DNA of 64,000 nt from Raillietiella orientalis (Eukaryota): NCBI GenBank assembly GCA_036172245.1, contig JAYWIR010000014.1, forward strand, positions 310,001-374,000, read 5' to 3'. How positions within the stretch are numbered: position 1 is the stretch's first letter; the number at the start of each line of letters is the position of its first letter. Of the stretch, positions 38,520-51,641 are shown in pieces. A program made the translations under genes and the position numbers. The notes under the pieces were generated by a model. The model was not told the origin of the DNA. It did no database searches and saw nothing but the letters and a program-made list of their open reading frames with translations.

Positions 38520-38730
38520 TGGAACTGATTGTCTCCGGAGGAAACCACGAAGCGAATCTCTTCCTTATTCTCTCCGAAGGGGATCACCCCTCGCTTCTTC
38601 GGAAGGAATCCGGGAAGGATCCGCTCATGGAATTTCTTTTCCGGAGGGGACCCGCAAGGAGACCGCTCCTCGGTACTCCTCTGAAGAGAACTCCGAAGGG
38701 ACTCTCCCAACTTTCTACGAAGGAAGCTGA
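38520..38730 (-). mobile_element. Family A repeat, internal fragment
   Basis: aaggagaccgctcctcggtactcctctgaagagaactccgaagggactctccca matches ~1435-1490 (aaggaaaccgctctttggtactctcctgaggagaaccctgaagggacgctccca). Confidence 0.75.
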
Positions 38731-38979
38731 TCCTGTAGTGGTGTCGACCCTTGTGATGCTTCTTCTGCTCTTAAGCCGAGAAGGCACGAGATGACCGTTA
38801 TTTCCTTCCCCGAAGTCACGATGAAGATGGATCGGCCTGATGGAGGCCCTCATGCGCAAACTCGTGAAGAGAGGGGAGCATCGTGCAATACTGACATAAT
38901 CCACAAGCAGGAAATCACACAGGCTGGGGTCAAAGATCCCCTCGTTCCTTTGCATCTACCCTATCGCTACGCGGTTGTG

Positions 38980-39425
38980 TCCCGCTGGCTCGAATTTGGA
39001 TGCAGAACCATTTCGCCCGCGTGAGTTCAGGGCCGCTCTGGCATTCGCAAGGAGCTCCGAGCAATGCCTCGCCGAAGCTCAGACGGAAGGCTCTGCTGAG
39101 CCTCCGGCGAACCGCAGACCGCCCCTATCCCGGCGGTTTTGGAAGACGGCGACCCGTTCCTCCCTCCTCCTCCTACTGCTGCCGCCTCCTGCAGCCGGCT
39201 TCCGCGTGTGTCCGGCCGGGAGCAAGCGCGGCTCACGTGTGTCCCAAGACTGAGCGTGCCAGCGCACGTTGCTGCGGGCCCTTTCTCGGCGCAGCTCCTC
39301 CTCGGAGCCCTCGGGTATCGCAGGGTTGCCTCACGGAGGCGACGGCCTCACATCCGCCCACTGGTCGCGGAGCGGCACTCGTTGTTGCTGCACGATGGTC
39401 GCTCTGAGTTCCAAATGCATCCAGC
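38980..39425. other. GC/CpG-rich island with imperfect inverted ends, unidentified
   Basis: Clear GC rise. Left end gctgg...atttggatgcagaaccat is partly complementary to right end atggt..tctg..tccaaatgcatccagc. Confidence 0.4.
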
Positions 39426-39493
39426 TTCATTCTAGTGGGAAAGCGAAAGTAAGTGTTTTCCATGTTTTTGCTTGACCCATGGTTTTTTTTTTG

Positions 39494-40264
39494 GCCCGCG
39501 CTAGCAGCCATGTTGCTGCAGCCTCAGCGAGTGGCACTAAATGCGGGTTCGAATCCTCGCGTGGAGGATCGATGCCAAGAATGGAGGATGAGTCATGGGT
39601 TTCGAGTCTCCCCCGCAGGATGACGCTGGTTTGCCTGTAGGCTTCGGGTGCAGCACCAGTAAAAGTCGGAAGCCGGATGCCCAAATGACTGCTTGAGATT
39701 GGAAGTTGATCCTCCGGGGTCCTTCTAGGAATCAAGGAGTTGGTTCTCTTCCGGATTCCCCTTCGGCTGTGAAAATAAAGTCATCCTCCCCTCGAGGGGA
39801 GATCTCCTATCGCATATGATGGAGCTGATTGATAACTCCTTCGGGGGGTGGCCTCTCTAGAGTATCAAGAGAGCATTGCTCCCTTCGTGGAGCTCCCTTC
39901 ATGGAAATTTGGAAGTATTCCTTCGGAGTTCTGTTAAGAGGAATAACGAGCAGAGGTTCTCTTCCAAGTTCCCTCCGGAGAAGAAATGAGGAGAGCCCCC
40001 TTCCGGAGAGTACTTCTGGAGCACCCCTCTGGAGAGAATAAGGAAGAAGCTACCTTCAGATTTCCCTCCCAAGTGTAAGAGGAAGGAACTCCTCCCTCCG
40101 GGGCCTTCCTAGATTCATAGAGTGGTCTCCCCCTCGAGTACCCCCTATAACTCAAAGAGTTAATTGCACCTCCAGGTGGCGTGGGCAGCGTTGAAGAGTA
40201 TCGTAAGTCCCATTTAATGAGGCAAACGGTTCTTCAGCAGTTAGCAAACCGAAAAAAAAAAAAA
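39494..40264 (+). mobile_element. Family A repeat, apparently complete copy: tRNA-like head, body, A13 tail
   Basis: Starts GCCCGCGCTAGC; B-box GGGTTCGAATCCT (39545-39557); body is the reverse complement of the other copies; poly(A) at 40252-40264. Confidence 0.8.
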
Positions 40265-40699
40265 TTACCCGCCAGCATCACCTGAATGCTGAAGAATAAG
40301 ATGTAACTCCATCAAGATACCCCATATGAAGTTTTGCAGCGCTTACGACTTCCCATTATCTTGTGTTTTCCAGCACGACCTTACAAGTCACTGCGCTGCA
40401 GGCCATGCTGAGCTCTTGGTGACTTTAAAAGAGCACACAGAAAAACCCATGAGAAAGGTGAGTGCGGGCGAAAGAGAAACCAGTTGTGGGAGTCCTTTCG
40501 AAGAAAACATCCCATGGAAGGCGGCAAAACGGTCCCTTGGAGGAAGAGTTCCGATGTGATGAAAGAGAGTCTTGAGGTGTGATGCTGATCTTTCAAGGAT
40601 CGAAGAAACCAGAGGTCACGAAAGTTCCGTTGGTCTCAAACACTAAAAGGAAGGAAGCGCTTCCTGCTCTTCCCAGCATTTCATCTGGCTAAGTCGTTT

Positions 40700-43680
40700 C
40701 CGCCTCAAAAGAAAGAGTGACCCTTCTCATCCGTAGTCTCCGTTCGTGGGATCTTGAAGATTTCTGGATGTCGTGGTCTCTTGTCCTCCAACCACTGGGT
40801 TTTCGCGGCGCTCACGTGTTCCGCGGTGCGCACCGTCCGAACACTTCCCAACATTTCCACCATCCTGTTGTGTTCCTGGAGCTTTGCGGAAGAGCTTGCA
40901 GTCGTTCTTAAGTGCTTTTGTCGTGTGCATTGCTTGTTTAGAGTTCCACGAAGACAGGGGCCGGAGTGCTGGGCGAGTAGGCAGTTTCAGGCACCTCTTG
41001 AGAGCACCTCTCAATTCCCAGGAAAGCTAGCATTTCTTTGGTAAGGAAGCAAAAGAGAAAAACGAAGAGAGAGAAAGAAACGGAGGATAGACATCTTCAA
41101 CAGCAGAAGAAGCATGACAAGTCCACTGCGCTTCCCAGAAGGAGCAGTAGTACCCTACTGGTTTTCTCATAAGGGGGACGGTGCACCACTGTCGAAGGAA
41201 CTGGCGGGAAGATGGCGGTTCAGAGGGAGGACATCTATGGCGCAACCAAGTCAGAGTGCTTTGCGGCAGGAAGGTCGTAGGGGAAACAGAGAGTTCGGTG
41301 ACAGTAACCTGTCTCTTCCCATCCATCTCACCCTCAGGGTCTCATTCTCGCATCTCACATTGCCATGCCACTTGCCTTCTCTGAGCAAGAGTGCTTTTCT
41401 GCCAGCATCTCGCATTCCTCCCTGCTTCTCTGCAGGCCCCCAACAGAGAAAGGAGCGCCATCCCGTGACAGCCCCTGTCATTATTTCACGTTTCCTGATT
41501 GCGCAACCTCCTCTCTTAGAGCACGCAATAAAGGAGCGACACTACCCTACCACCTCTTCAAACAGAGCATAGGGGAACCATCGCGCTTGAGACTGTGAAC
41601 CTACCAGGACTTCCAGATTGAGATAGGGATACGGAGTTTGATAGCGAGTGACTGGGAAAGCGCTTTCTCTTCTGATTCTTCCCTTTGGGGAGCGCCTCTT
41701 CCTTCTCTTGGAGACTCTCATACGAGGTCAATGGAGAAGTATGATCATGCAATGAGATGAAGGGGCGCTTCAATCCTTTTCATGGGGAAGACTTCTTCAC
41801 CATGCCCAACTGGGAGGGGAGAAATCCGGAGTCGTTCCTTGTGGAATGACCAAAGTTTGAATAGGAGTCTCACAACAGGGCTCGGGTGAATGTGTCCAAT
41901 GGGGTTCTTGCCATCTCGGAATTTGAGTAGAATCCCTTTTCGGGAAAGGGAGTGAGAGGAGGGAGAAAGGCAGCCTTTACTGCTGCCTTCCTCCTCTCCC
42001 TCTCTCTAATTCTCCGCTTCTCCAGGATTAATTGGAAAAATTCGCTCCAAGGACTTCTGGAATTTTCCCCGTTTAGGAGTCTCGATGGATTCCCTCTCCT
42101 TTTGCAAACGCCGATCAAGCCTCGGGTAGAGAATTCTAGTCCTCTCCTTGTGTTCGGCGAGTTTCCTCCTGGAATCGACCTCTCATCTCTTCGATAGGAA
42201 TCTCTTTGAGCAGACTGTTTCGGGATGCAGGATCCGGCGAAATGTTCAGGGAAGGAAGAAAAACGGGAGACTCTCTGGGATCTGGAGAATGGTCCAGCCT
42301 CTCGTTTGATTTCTTCTCCGTCCCTCGGGATACTGGAGTGGAGGGGGATGAGAACACTTTCGGGATTGCCATTCTGAGGGATGTCCCCGGCCCCACCCGG
42401 GAACGACCTTCTTTCGGCTTGGAGACATTCCTCGGGGTTTCCTACCCTGCGCGATGGCTTTTCCTTGGAGAGTGGAGAGCAAGGTGTACCACAAGAGGTC
42501 GAAGGTCAAGGCTTCCTCGAGACTTGTGGTTGAGGGAGCGTCCTGTCTCGGCAGTGCGCCAGGAGCTAATCTTTGAAGCTCTGGCATTCGCCTTCCTTGT
42601 TAGGGGAGGGAGCGACTAGGAGAGAGGAGAGGCAGGGAGTCTTCCCCTCCGGGTAGCATCATCTCTCGCTAAGACAGTCCCGATAGGCTCCCTCTGACAC
42701 GCTGCCCCACGAGCGACGGAAAAGAGATCCTTGTAGTGGAAGTTCATGGGAAAACGGCCAGGAAGAGGATAGTGGGGAAAGGTGGAGGAGGTAGGAATCC
42801 TCTGAATGAGGACCCACGAACTGATGAGGCGAGTGGATGCTCGTGCAGCTGATATCCACTGCGTGGACTGCATACGCCACCCTATTCTCGCCTCTAGGTC
42901 ACCCTACTCCGATTTCCGACGAGGAAGTGGATCAATCCAGAGGGACTAGGAGTGCATCCAGGACGAAGCCATGCGGTGGGAGCGAAGAACTGTTGTGGGA
43001 TGGCGTAGGGGCATCTCGAAGAGGAAAGTTGGGGGGAGGCTCCAGCCCTTCTCCTTAAAGCCGGTCTGGCGCATGGGTGAAGGAAGCGACGAAGGTGCGG
43101 GCGATGAGCACTTGGGACTGGTGCGTGCGGACGTCCAGGAGTAAGCACAGGCTCATGGAAGCCTCTTCGTTCGTGCGGCGCTCCTCTTCACGTGCCTTCA
43201 GGTCAAACTCGTCAGAGTGTGGCCTTTGACTGGGACTGCCACCTGACGCAGCAAGAGAACCTTCTTGTTTCTTTCCGTCTACTCCAGGAGGCGCCTTCAT
43301 GGATCGAGGGGTGGGCTCATGGCAGTTGCTTGCGGGCGCATTTCCTTGAGGCAGTGCTCCAGGTTGCGAACCTGAGGATCTCCATGAAAAGACGCGCGAA
43401 CGAAGTGTTGAGACCCAGCACGGTCGGAAGGCTGCTGGACGAGCGAACGGTCCTGCGAGACAGCCAGATGGAAAAGCGCCTCAACAATTCCCACTTTCCT
43501 TTTCCTCTAGGGGGAATAGAAGTCTGTGCCACCTTTCGAACTGTAAATGCCCTCAGGATATTCCCAGTGGAAGAAGCGTTTCTTACCCTGGCCGCCTTTC
43601 ACTTCCTGGATGCAGCTCTTGCTGGTCCCCAAATCATCTGCTTTCTCAGTGGGCCGCTAAGAGGATCCTTCAATCGACGA
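40700..43680 (-). mobile_element. Decayed YR retroelement, copy 3 (basic ORF1-like region plus YR remnants; no RT seen)
   Basis: AVTGWRS (~41472-41453; candidate catalytic-Arg box) and LRPLSSWNSKQAMH (~40965-40926; cf. GRWxSxA). Patchy similarity to 56500-58060 (STASRKCARKQLP vs ATAFRERFRRVP). GC above background. Confidence 0.4.
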
Positions 43681-46600
43681 TAATGGGTTCACCTACGGCT
43701 CATTTATCCCTGCATCCGTAACTTTGTTTCTCTCTGTGAGAAGCATTGATACTGCGTTCCCAGCGGAGGAGCATCTTTCGCCTCCAAGCAACCATAAATC
43801 GTGCAGTTAAGGATGAATGTAGCGTTTAATTTAACATCATGAGAGGGGGAACTTTGATTTAAATGACTTTGAATCCCTCTTCGGTTCGGTTCCCCTTGGA
43901 GACGTGTACGCAAGTAATGGAGTAGGAAATTTGGGTCACATCTCAGAAAACACCCCCTCATTAGCATGAAATGTTTGCAGCTTACGTCTCTCCAGATTCT
44001 TTCTTCATCTTTTTTTTTCTTCTCTTCTTTCCAACGCTATGAAGAAATTCTACTTCAATTTGATTACAGGGGTTCTGGAACACCATCCGGATGTCGATTA
44101 TCTGGAACCATTCATCCCTCTATCAGTTTTTCGTGTATTTGCGCACGAGAAAAGCACGTTTGCACGTTTTTCGTTCCGTCCGAGGGAAGGAAGAATCCAT
44201 ATTTTCCTCCCTCTGGCTCTGCTCTTGAAGATTCTTAGAGGTGTCTCCGATTCGAAGATTGGTAAAGCATTAGAATGCCTGACGTCAGTGTCCTTACTTT
44301 TTGTTTCCCTTGACGTCACTCTGGAACTGACATGCCATTTCGAAAGTCGATCTCTTAAGCACTCCCCACAAATTCTTGGCGTACACACGGATCCTCTTCG
44401 GGAATGACTGGATGGCGGGTGCTGATTTTCTCACGTGTGCAGCCGACCTTCCCTTCTGCGGCGCGCGCCCCCGTGGATTCCTGCTGGCCGTCGCTTCGGA
44501 GCAGAAAAATGCCCCTGGCGAGAATCGCCAAAAATTCCGAAGTTGTTGGTTTTCGCGAGTGAAAGTGTCCTCTGTTCGACTCAGTGTCACCGGCGTAGCG
44601 AGCCAGCGCCAACCTTCCAGCTATTGTCGGTCCATTTCGACGTTTCCTCCGTGTGCAATCGCATTTCCGAGAAAACATCGGCAGGGTTTGCAAAGTCGTT
44701 GCAGCATCTCCAGAGGGATTCATCGTCTTTTCTCCCTGGATTTCAAAAACTATCTCCTGATGTGCAATTTGGGAGATGCCTGTCCTCATCACCCAGCCCT
44801 CCCATGAGCGCACCAGAGAGAGCCTTGCTGTTTCCATTCGCCGAGAATAGGACCATGAATTTTTGAGAACATAGCGACCCAAAGATATGACCTGGAATCT
44901 CCATACCGACGATTGCAGTGAAAAAAAAAAAGGTCCTGGTTAGTCAAGCCTTCAGTCGTCTTAACGAACTCTTGCTCCCATTCACTGGACACTAAGCAAG
45001 AGAGGACGAATCTGAGAATAACGGGGTTTATGAGACGTCTATGCTTCGCAACATTCCACCAAAAAAGTCCTCTGCTCTTCTCTATTTTCCGGAAGATTCA
45101 GAGACAAGAAAGAGTATTCATTATATCGGCAACCCTTGACGGAGACAGGCAGATCCATGGTGGCCAGTTAGGCTTTCAGTTGGGGTGCATGCAACCTTCA
45201 GTAGAAAATCCTTGGTGGCCAGTTAGGATTTTCTCGCCCTCATGTACAATTACGTGTACGAAGAATACATCAGCAATGACCAAAGAACAAGTCAAAGAAC
45301 CATCCCTGTCACTGTTCTTAAACCTGATGCAGCATTCATTCGAACATCCAAGCTCTCGAAATAGCAACCTGCGCGAATGCACGAAGCATTCGTCTCTTAA
45401 GTGTGAGAGGTGTCACCTCCATTTCATTTTTGTTCAGTGTCCACCTTTGAAATGGCGCCATAGACATCACAAAGGCTGCGAAAAGCCCTACCCTAATGTC
45501 TCCATACTGAAATCCAGTTCATTCCAACAGCTACGTCCAGGGTCGTCCTTGAAAACTTGAAGAGCTGCTTGAGGAAAAGGGGAGTAAGTTACATGAAACT
45601 GAGTCATCGATGATGCTTGTAAGTCTCGCATGGAAGTCACTAAAAGATGCAGATCACATCAGAGAAGTTCTTTACGATGAGGACGGAACAAGGGAACCTT
45701 TACAATGGTCCGTTGAAAACTGTATAACTTTCTGCAAATAATACATCCACTGCATCTTGTTGGAGAGCTGATCTGCAAAGTAATGTGATTAGGAGGAATC
45801 TTTCAGGGCAACAATGAGTCTTGCTCAACTGTATTCGTGGGAGCATATGCATGCACGTGCAAGAAATAGTGATCAAGCTGACTCCAGCCCCATGGTCAAT
45901 TCCGGTCTCCACAAAGAAGTGATGAGTTCGATCCATCACGATCTTTCGTAAAAGATCTTTCCTATCACAGATAAAGAAACATAATCGCTTTTGGAATGTT
46001 TCCTCATGAAAATGTTCCCTTTCTTTTCGTGCACAGAAAAAAAGAAAGAAGATGGCGCAATAGAAGTGACGATTCTGGCTTTGTACCTGGTAGGGAAGGC
46101 TAAAAATGGGCCATATACGGATTTTTTGACTTATCTATCAGTTGTTTCCAGTAACCTCTGGAAAGCGTTTTTCTCTTGTAATGGAATTGTTTAGGATTCC
46201 AAGAATTTTGGAGCACGCATTCTCCTTTAACAACCTTGTCTTACCATTGTTTGTGTAGTTCCACGAATGTTCTCTAGTGAGACTGTCCTTGAGGTGCCGC
46301 TGATGACAAACTCTTCGTTCCAGGTGATTTGCATCGTCCTGGAACTCTTTTACTACGGATTCTAGGATTCCATGTTTGCGAAATTCGGAATCAGAATGCA
46401 GATCATGGACATTCAAAGTGCAGGAAACGTATCTGTTTCATGTGTTCGCTAGGAATTAGCAATCATTAAGGAACCCACCTAACACAGGTCATTTGCAGAT
46501 TCCGAAGGGATTGTGACTAAGTGCATCTTAACGTGGTGCAAAGATGCATCGAAGAGACAGATCTCTCAGGACTTTTGATTCGTGCTTCCATTCTCTTGGC

Positions 46601-47156
46601 ACGGAAATACCTAGATTCTCAACGTGATTGTTTCCTCTTTTCGCTCATCGCCTCCACACAGAAGATGAAAACCACCTTGAGTTGAGTTAAACGCGCCATT
46701 CGTAATGAGCATCCTAGAGTCGCGGATGCAGTTGCTCCCGACCATGGAATTTATCCTTCGAGGTAAGCTTTCTTTAGGGGAATTTGTGCTCTCTGGGAGA
46801 TAATCCTCAAAAATCTCATGCAGAAGCATTACGAGCAATGAACAGCTTCCCAATGCCGTTCCGTTCCGTTCAGTGTCTAGGCAAAGAGAAATCAATTTTG
46901 CTCCCACCAGATTCTGAATATCTTTTTCTTGAACAAAGCCTGAGGGCCACCTGGTCTGAGTGCCACATCAAGGAATCGAAACTCGGGTCAAAAGCAATCG
47001 AAAATCTCAGATTCCATCGTGATCCGACAGCATCCGAGCCTCTCTGCACGTGCGTATTAGCCCGCGGTTAAAACAACCCTCAATTTGGCACAAATCCGCA
47101 GTTGCTGGGACCTCGAGGTGATGGAGTGCCTCAGACTCTGGAATTGTCGAAATCAG

Positions 47157-48009
47157 TGTTTATGCAGATTCAGCACATTAAGGTGATGGAGTGACGTACT
47201 TCGAAGAGAAAAACTGCCTTCATAAGAATCATTTAACACGTTTCCAGCTACCTCTTCGTGAAAAAAAGGAGTCTTTTCGATCAACATCAAAAGTCCTGTA
47301 TCCCTTGCAGCCTTCTGCAGCATTCTGTAGTCGTTTGATGTGTTTGAGGGACATGCCTAGACAGCTATGCTAGAAAACTTGCATTCGCACATCCAGATGT
47401 TGGTTTCATTGCAATCAACCGATTGGTATTGCTGTAAGGCCGATGCTTTCTATGAGTTAGCACCACCCTTGATGGGGCGAAGAGAGACTTGATGGCTTGG
47501 ATGTCGAACTTTCACCTGCTTCATATGTGTTGATATCCGCTCACTTATAGAATGCAGCTGAGGTCAAACTTTCCTAGGATTTCCTTTTTGTGGGTGTGCT
47601 TTTCCAGGAATATTTTATCTGTAGCTCCGGGAAAGCACGCTCTCGTTTCTACTTTTTCTCCCCTCTGTAGGATACTCGTTTCCAGTGCCAACCCGTTCAA
47701 TACTCTGGAATTTGTTTTCTCGTTGAGCACGTCTTCGCGCTTTGCAGCCAGATATGAAGTAAGTTCTTGGCATTCTCTTTCATCACAGACCGGCACAAGC
47801 ATCGAACCTGTGCGAAGTTGCCTCTGCTGCTGAAGCCTTGTTGCTGCGAGCAATGGAAACAGCTTACCTAAGCCGCGAGAGTGCTTCTCTATGAGCTTTT
47901 GGTTCCGCGATGTATGTAGATTGCAAGCAATGAATTCTGGTCGTGGTTCGACTCTCTGAGAAAGACGTAGAAGGCAATGGAGTTCTGGCTTTTCCTTCTG
48001 AGACGGCAC
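47157..48009 (-). other. Possible host coding region, product unknown
   Basis: A 154-codon ORF ends in TAA immediately before a GTGAGC...CAG 29-nt intron-like segment. The spliced frame continues ~115 codons with only TAG interruptions. Confidence 0.25.
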
Positions 48010-51000
48010 ATGAACTTTTGATACTGCCTACAAAGACCTCGAAGTATGGCACCAATAGGTAATGTCTGGTAATGAAAAGCAGAGTTGGATGTATCGTATA
48101 CAAAAAGTGCTGCTATCATCCTATTCGCAGAGAAGGCCTAGATTCCGATCCAAGAGCATCAAGATCATGATGGTTCCTTTTAGATGTGAATACCGTTTTA
48201 GATGTACAGTTGTATGACTAAAAAGAACTTACCACGAAGCACGCAGTTGATAACAGAAGGAAGGCCAGAGCTCCAGAAGAGAGTTTCTTATTGCTGGAGA
48301 GAACAAAAGAATTGTTGTGTGGAAAAGACTTAGACATCCATAATTATAAGTAAAATAATAATCTGTCTCGCTTTTTTCAGTTTCAACAAGTAAATAAAGG
48401 AAGGTTTCCTGGTATTCTTTGGACTACGACATCTTAATAGAAAAAAAAAATACGATCTGGGAATTTAACCTTTTTAAGGTCTCTTCGTATTTGCCGGGCG
48501 TCTGTATTCCGGTCTCATAAGATGCTCAGGAGTTGGAATTGAGGACTTTGAAGGAATGACTTGATATTTGGGGTGCTCTGGATTTTTTCGTGTAAAACGT
48601 TACATCACACGGTACGAGAATAGCGAAAATGTATGCCATGTTTGAAAGCGGTGTCCTGAGCGCGGCGGACCACAAGTCGTTGAGTTTGGCTGATGGCCGC
48701 ATGATAGTTGTGATGCGTTGACGTATCGTCCGGATCTTTTGAATTTTCCGGAAAGGGGCACGAATGACGTGCATTTGGGATTTTTAATGAATAGTTTGAA
48801 AACCGATAAGTATGATCGGTGAAGGTGATGCGCGGTATGCATGACGTGAGTTGCACGTGTCATTTCTAATGCCATTGCCATTATGAGGATTTATTCCCCG
48901 CGAATCGGTAAAACTCCCAAGTCAGATATTTTGAGGATCACCTGGACCAGCTAGTTGGGGAAACTCCATTGCGCTCCTGCCCTTTGCGTTTCGCAAATTC
49001 CCAGGATGAGAGCAAATCTTCAGTGGAGAGATCTGATTTCGGCCTTTTGAAAGATGATCCCTCATGCTAGAAAAACGGAAGGATTTCTGAAGAACCTCAG
49101 CTGATATTTTAAAGAGCGAGGGGAAAGCAAAGTGACCCCCCTTTCCCCTTCCTCAAATGCTCATAGCGCGCAGCAGGACAATTTCTCCCATTTGCGAGGG
49201 ATCTCTCGTTCTTGCAGCCGACTGGGAGAATTGAGGAGCGATATGGATGCGGTGGCACCCGAAACCATTTTGCCAACAAGCAGCTTCTGAGAAAGTTTCT
49301 TAGCCCTCGAGTAATCTGGGCTTGTTAGCTGGCTGGGAGTGCTGCAGGAACCTTTCCTTCTCCCCACGAAACATCATGTGATGAATCTCTGGGTATTATA
49401 GAAACAGGACGAATTGCGCGATGCGAGGAAACATCATCAATTCCTCATCTCCTTTCTATAAGAAGAAATGAGAAAATTGTCCACCAGAAAAAGTGCTCTG
49501 TGATTCTGATGGCAGCTGATGAGTAAGGATTTTTGTGATTCTGAAGGATCCAATCAATTAAGCTTATTTGTTTCACTCTGTCGGCTGCTAACGCTTGGTC
49601 CAGTGTGCAATATGAACAATCAGCAATTTATGAGGCAGGATTGCTCTCGAAGCAGGGTGGAAATCAATTCAGGGACTTTCCGAATCCTCCGTCTTTAGAC
49701 AACACTTGATTTTTTGTTTGGTTGCTCGCACTCTTTTTGCATCTTCCTCATCCCATGGCCGTGCGAGGAAGCAGTTGCGAGGGTGTTCCACAAGTCCATA
49801 TTTAGCTACGGGAGCAGCACGACCCTCTGAATCCGATCGTGCTTCGCGCTTTCGACCGCTTCCTAACGCTCTGAGTACTTCACACTCGGAAATTCCTCGT
49901 CCACATTAAGAGCGAGAACTCCAACACGATCGTCAATCAAATCCAGGGAACTTATTAAACTGCAAACGCTATCAAGTAAGAAAAAAAAGAATTGGTCCAC
50001 TCTCTCCCAGGAAACGGCACTTCTCCCTTTGTTGCCCCAGCCGAGATCTAACGGTTCTGCACCACTTCTCTGGAATTCCACGGAAACATAAATTGGGTAT
50101 TTATGATTTCTTTCTATTATTTCTATGGCGCGAAATCATTATCGCTTATAGAATTGATATCTGTGAATCTTTATGTCCATGGTTCCAAAGTATTTCGATA
50201 ATTGATCGCTGAATCCGATCTGTTCTTCATCTCTCTCTCCTGTCAAATACAAATAAAGCTAAAGCATTCATTTACTGATCGATGGACAGGGATGGAAATG
50301 GAGCGGTTGGAATCCGAATTTCCCATCTCAGATCCTGCGTTCCCTTGCCAGTTTGAGCCGAGCAGCTGGCTAAAAGGCAAACAGACTCGCCTGTTCCCTC
50401 AAGCACCGGTTGTTTCTTTTTACGTCGAGTAGACCATGAAATCTTGGAACATACCAATGCTGGTAGCTAAGGTAGAAGCAGGATCACCTTGTGACAACAA
50501 ACGCTTTCACTTGACGTGCATCTGTTTGGCCAAATTTGGCTGTCCATTCTGGATTCCATTTTAGTTCGGTGGGCTTTCGTGTGCAAATCGTATTTTGAGG
50601 TCGATTCGCAGCCTAAGTAAATCTCCCCTTCTCGGATAAAAAAATGATTGTCCAGTCACCATTAAGTGCCAATGGAAGTCCGCTTTCTCGAGTACAGCAC
50701 TTCGACTCTCGCTCTCTGTTCTTGCTTGACCAACCGAACTGTGGTAAATTACCATATTGGGTTGGCAGCAAAGGATCTTCCAGAACCAAACTCTCTGAGT
50801 TCAGTGCTTTGGAAAGCTGAGTCCCTTTGCCTGCAGTGCTAAAAGTTCCTTCTCAATAGGAACCTTCATAAGTATACCAATAAGCACATATACCAATGAT
50901 ACTTCATAATCATACCAAAGGTTTTCTCCAGTTTTTCAAGTTTCCTCTTCATCCAATATGGGCCATTCACTCGTCAAGTTTATTAATTTGGTTTTCTCAG

Positions 51001-51598
51001 TTTTCGTGATTTCTTCACTCTTGTTTCTTAATCTTCGTCCCTACCGATTCCAGAGAATTCCTTACTTGTTTTTAAAATGAAAGCTTCTGCAGAACAAGTA
51101 CTTCATCTTGCACTCTTCGACTCAACTCTCAACTCTCTATTTGCTAAAGATATGCACACAGAATGGAAGAAACCACGAGTTTCCTTTGCAAATGGTACTT
51201 CAGTGTCCAGTGTATGAACATCATGCAGACTCCATCATTTTTCACCGTAAGCTTCTCGTGTTTTTCAAAATATGTTCTCTAAAAGCTCCTTCCTCGAGCC
51301 ATTCTCGGCTATTACAAACATTCTCAAATGGCACTTGACTACTGTTTGCTACCTTCGATCTTGAGCAAGGAAATAGTGTTCTGGCGGGTTTATTTGACTT
51401 CAGCTTTTAAACGGCATTGCAATACTCAGATGCCTTGCAGCTCCATGGTCTATAGAGAACACCTGGTTTCAAGTTTGCAAAAAGGTTCAAATCCTGGAAA
51501 TCGCTCTTGAAGTTTTCCCGGCACGAGGACGAAAGTCCGTGGATGAGGACAATAAACGAAGTCTGAGGCCCAAAATGGTAGAGGAAATGCTCTTAGGC

Positions 51599-51641
51599 AG
51601 ACTTGATGTTGTTTTTTTTTCTTAAAAACAACATCAAGTCT
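51599..51641. repeat. Perfect 18-bp inverted repeat with 7-nt loop
   Basis: agacttgatgttgttttt (51599-51616) / aaaaacaacatcaagtct (51624-51641). Confidence 0.95.

Noticed and set aside
38980..39425. RNase P or SRP RNA identity for the GC-rich island
   Set aside because: Only a GGAAGGCTCTG resemblance; no complementary P4 partner or SRP helix-8 tetraloop motif was found.
45153..45231. 24-bp near-identical direct repeat with 55-bp period, CRISPR-like spacing
   Set aside because: Only two units, eukaryotic context and no cas genes; a local duplication like other small ones (e.g. 21312-21333).
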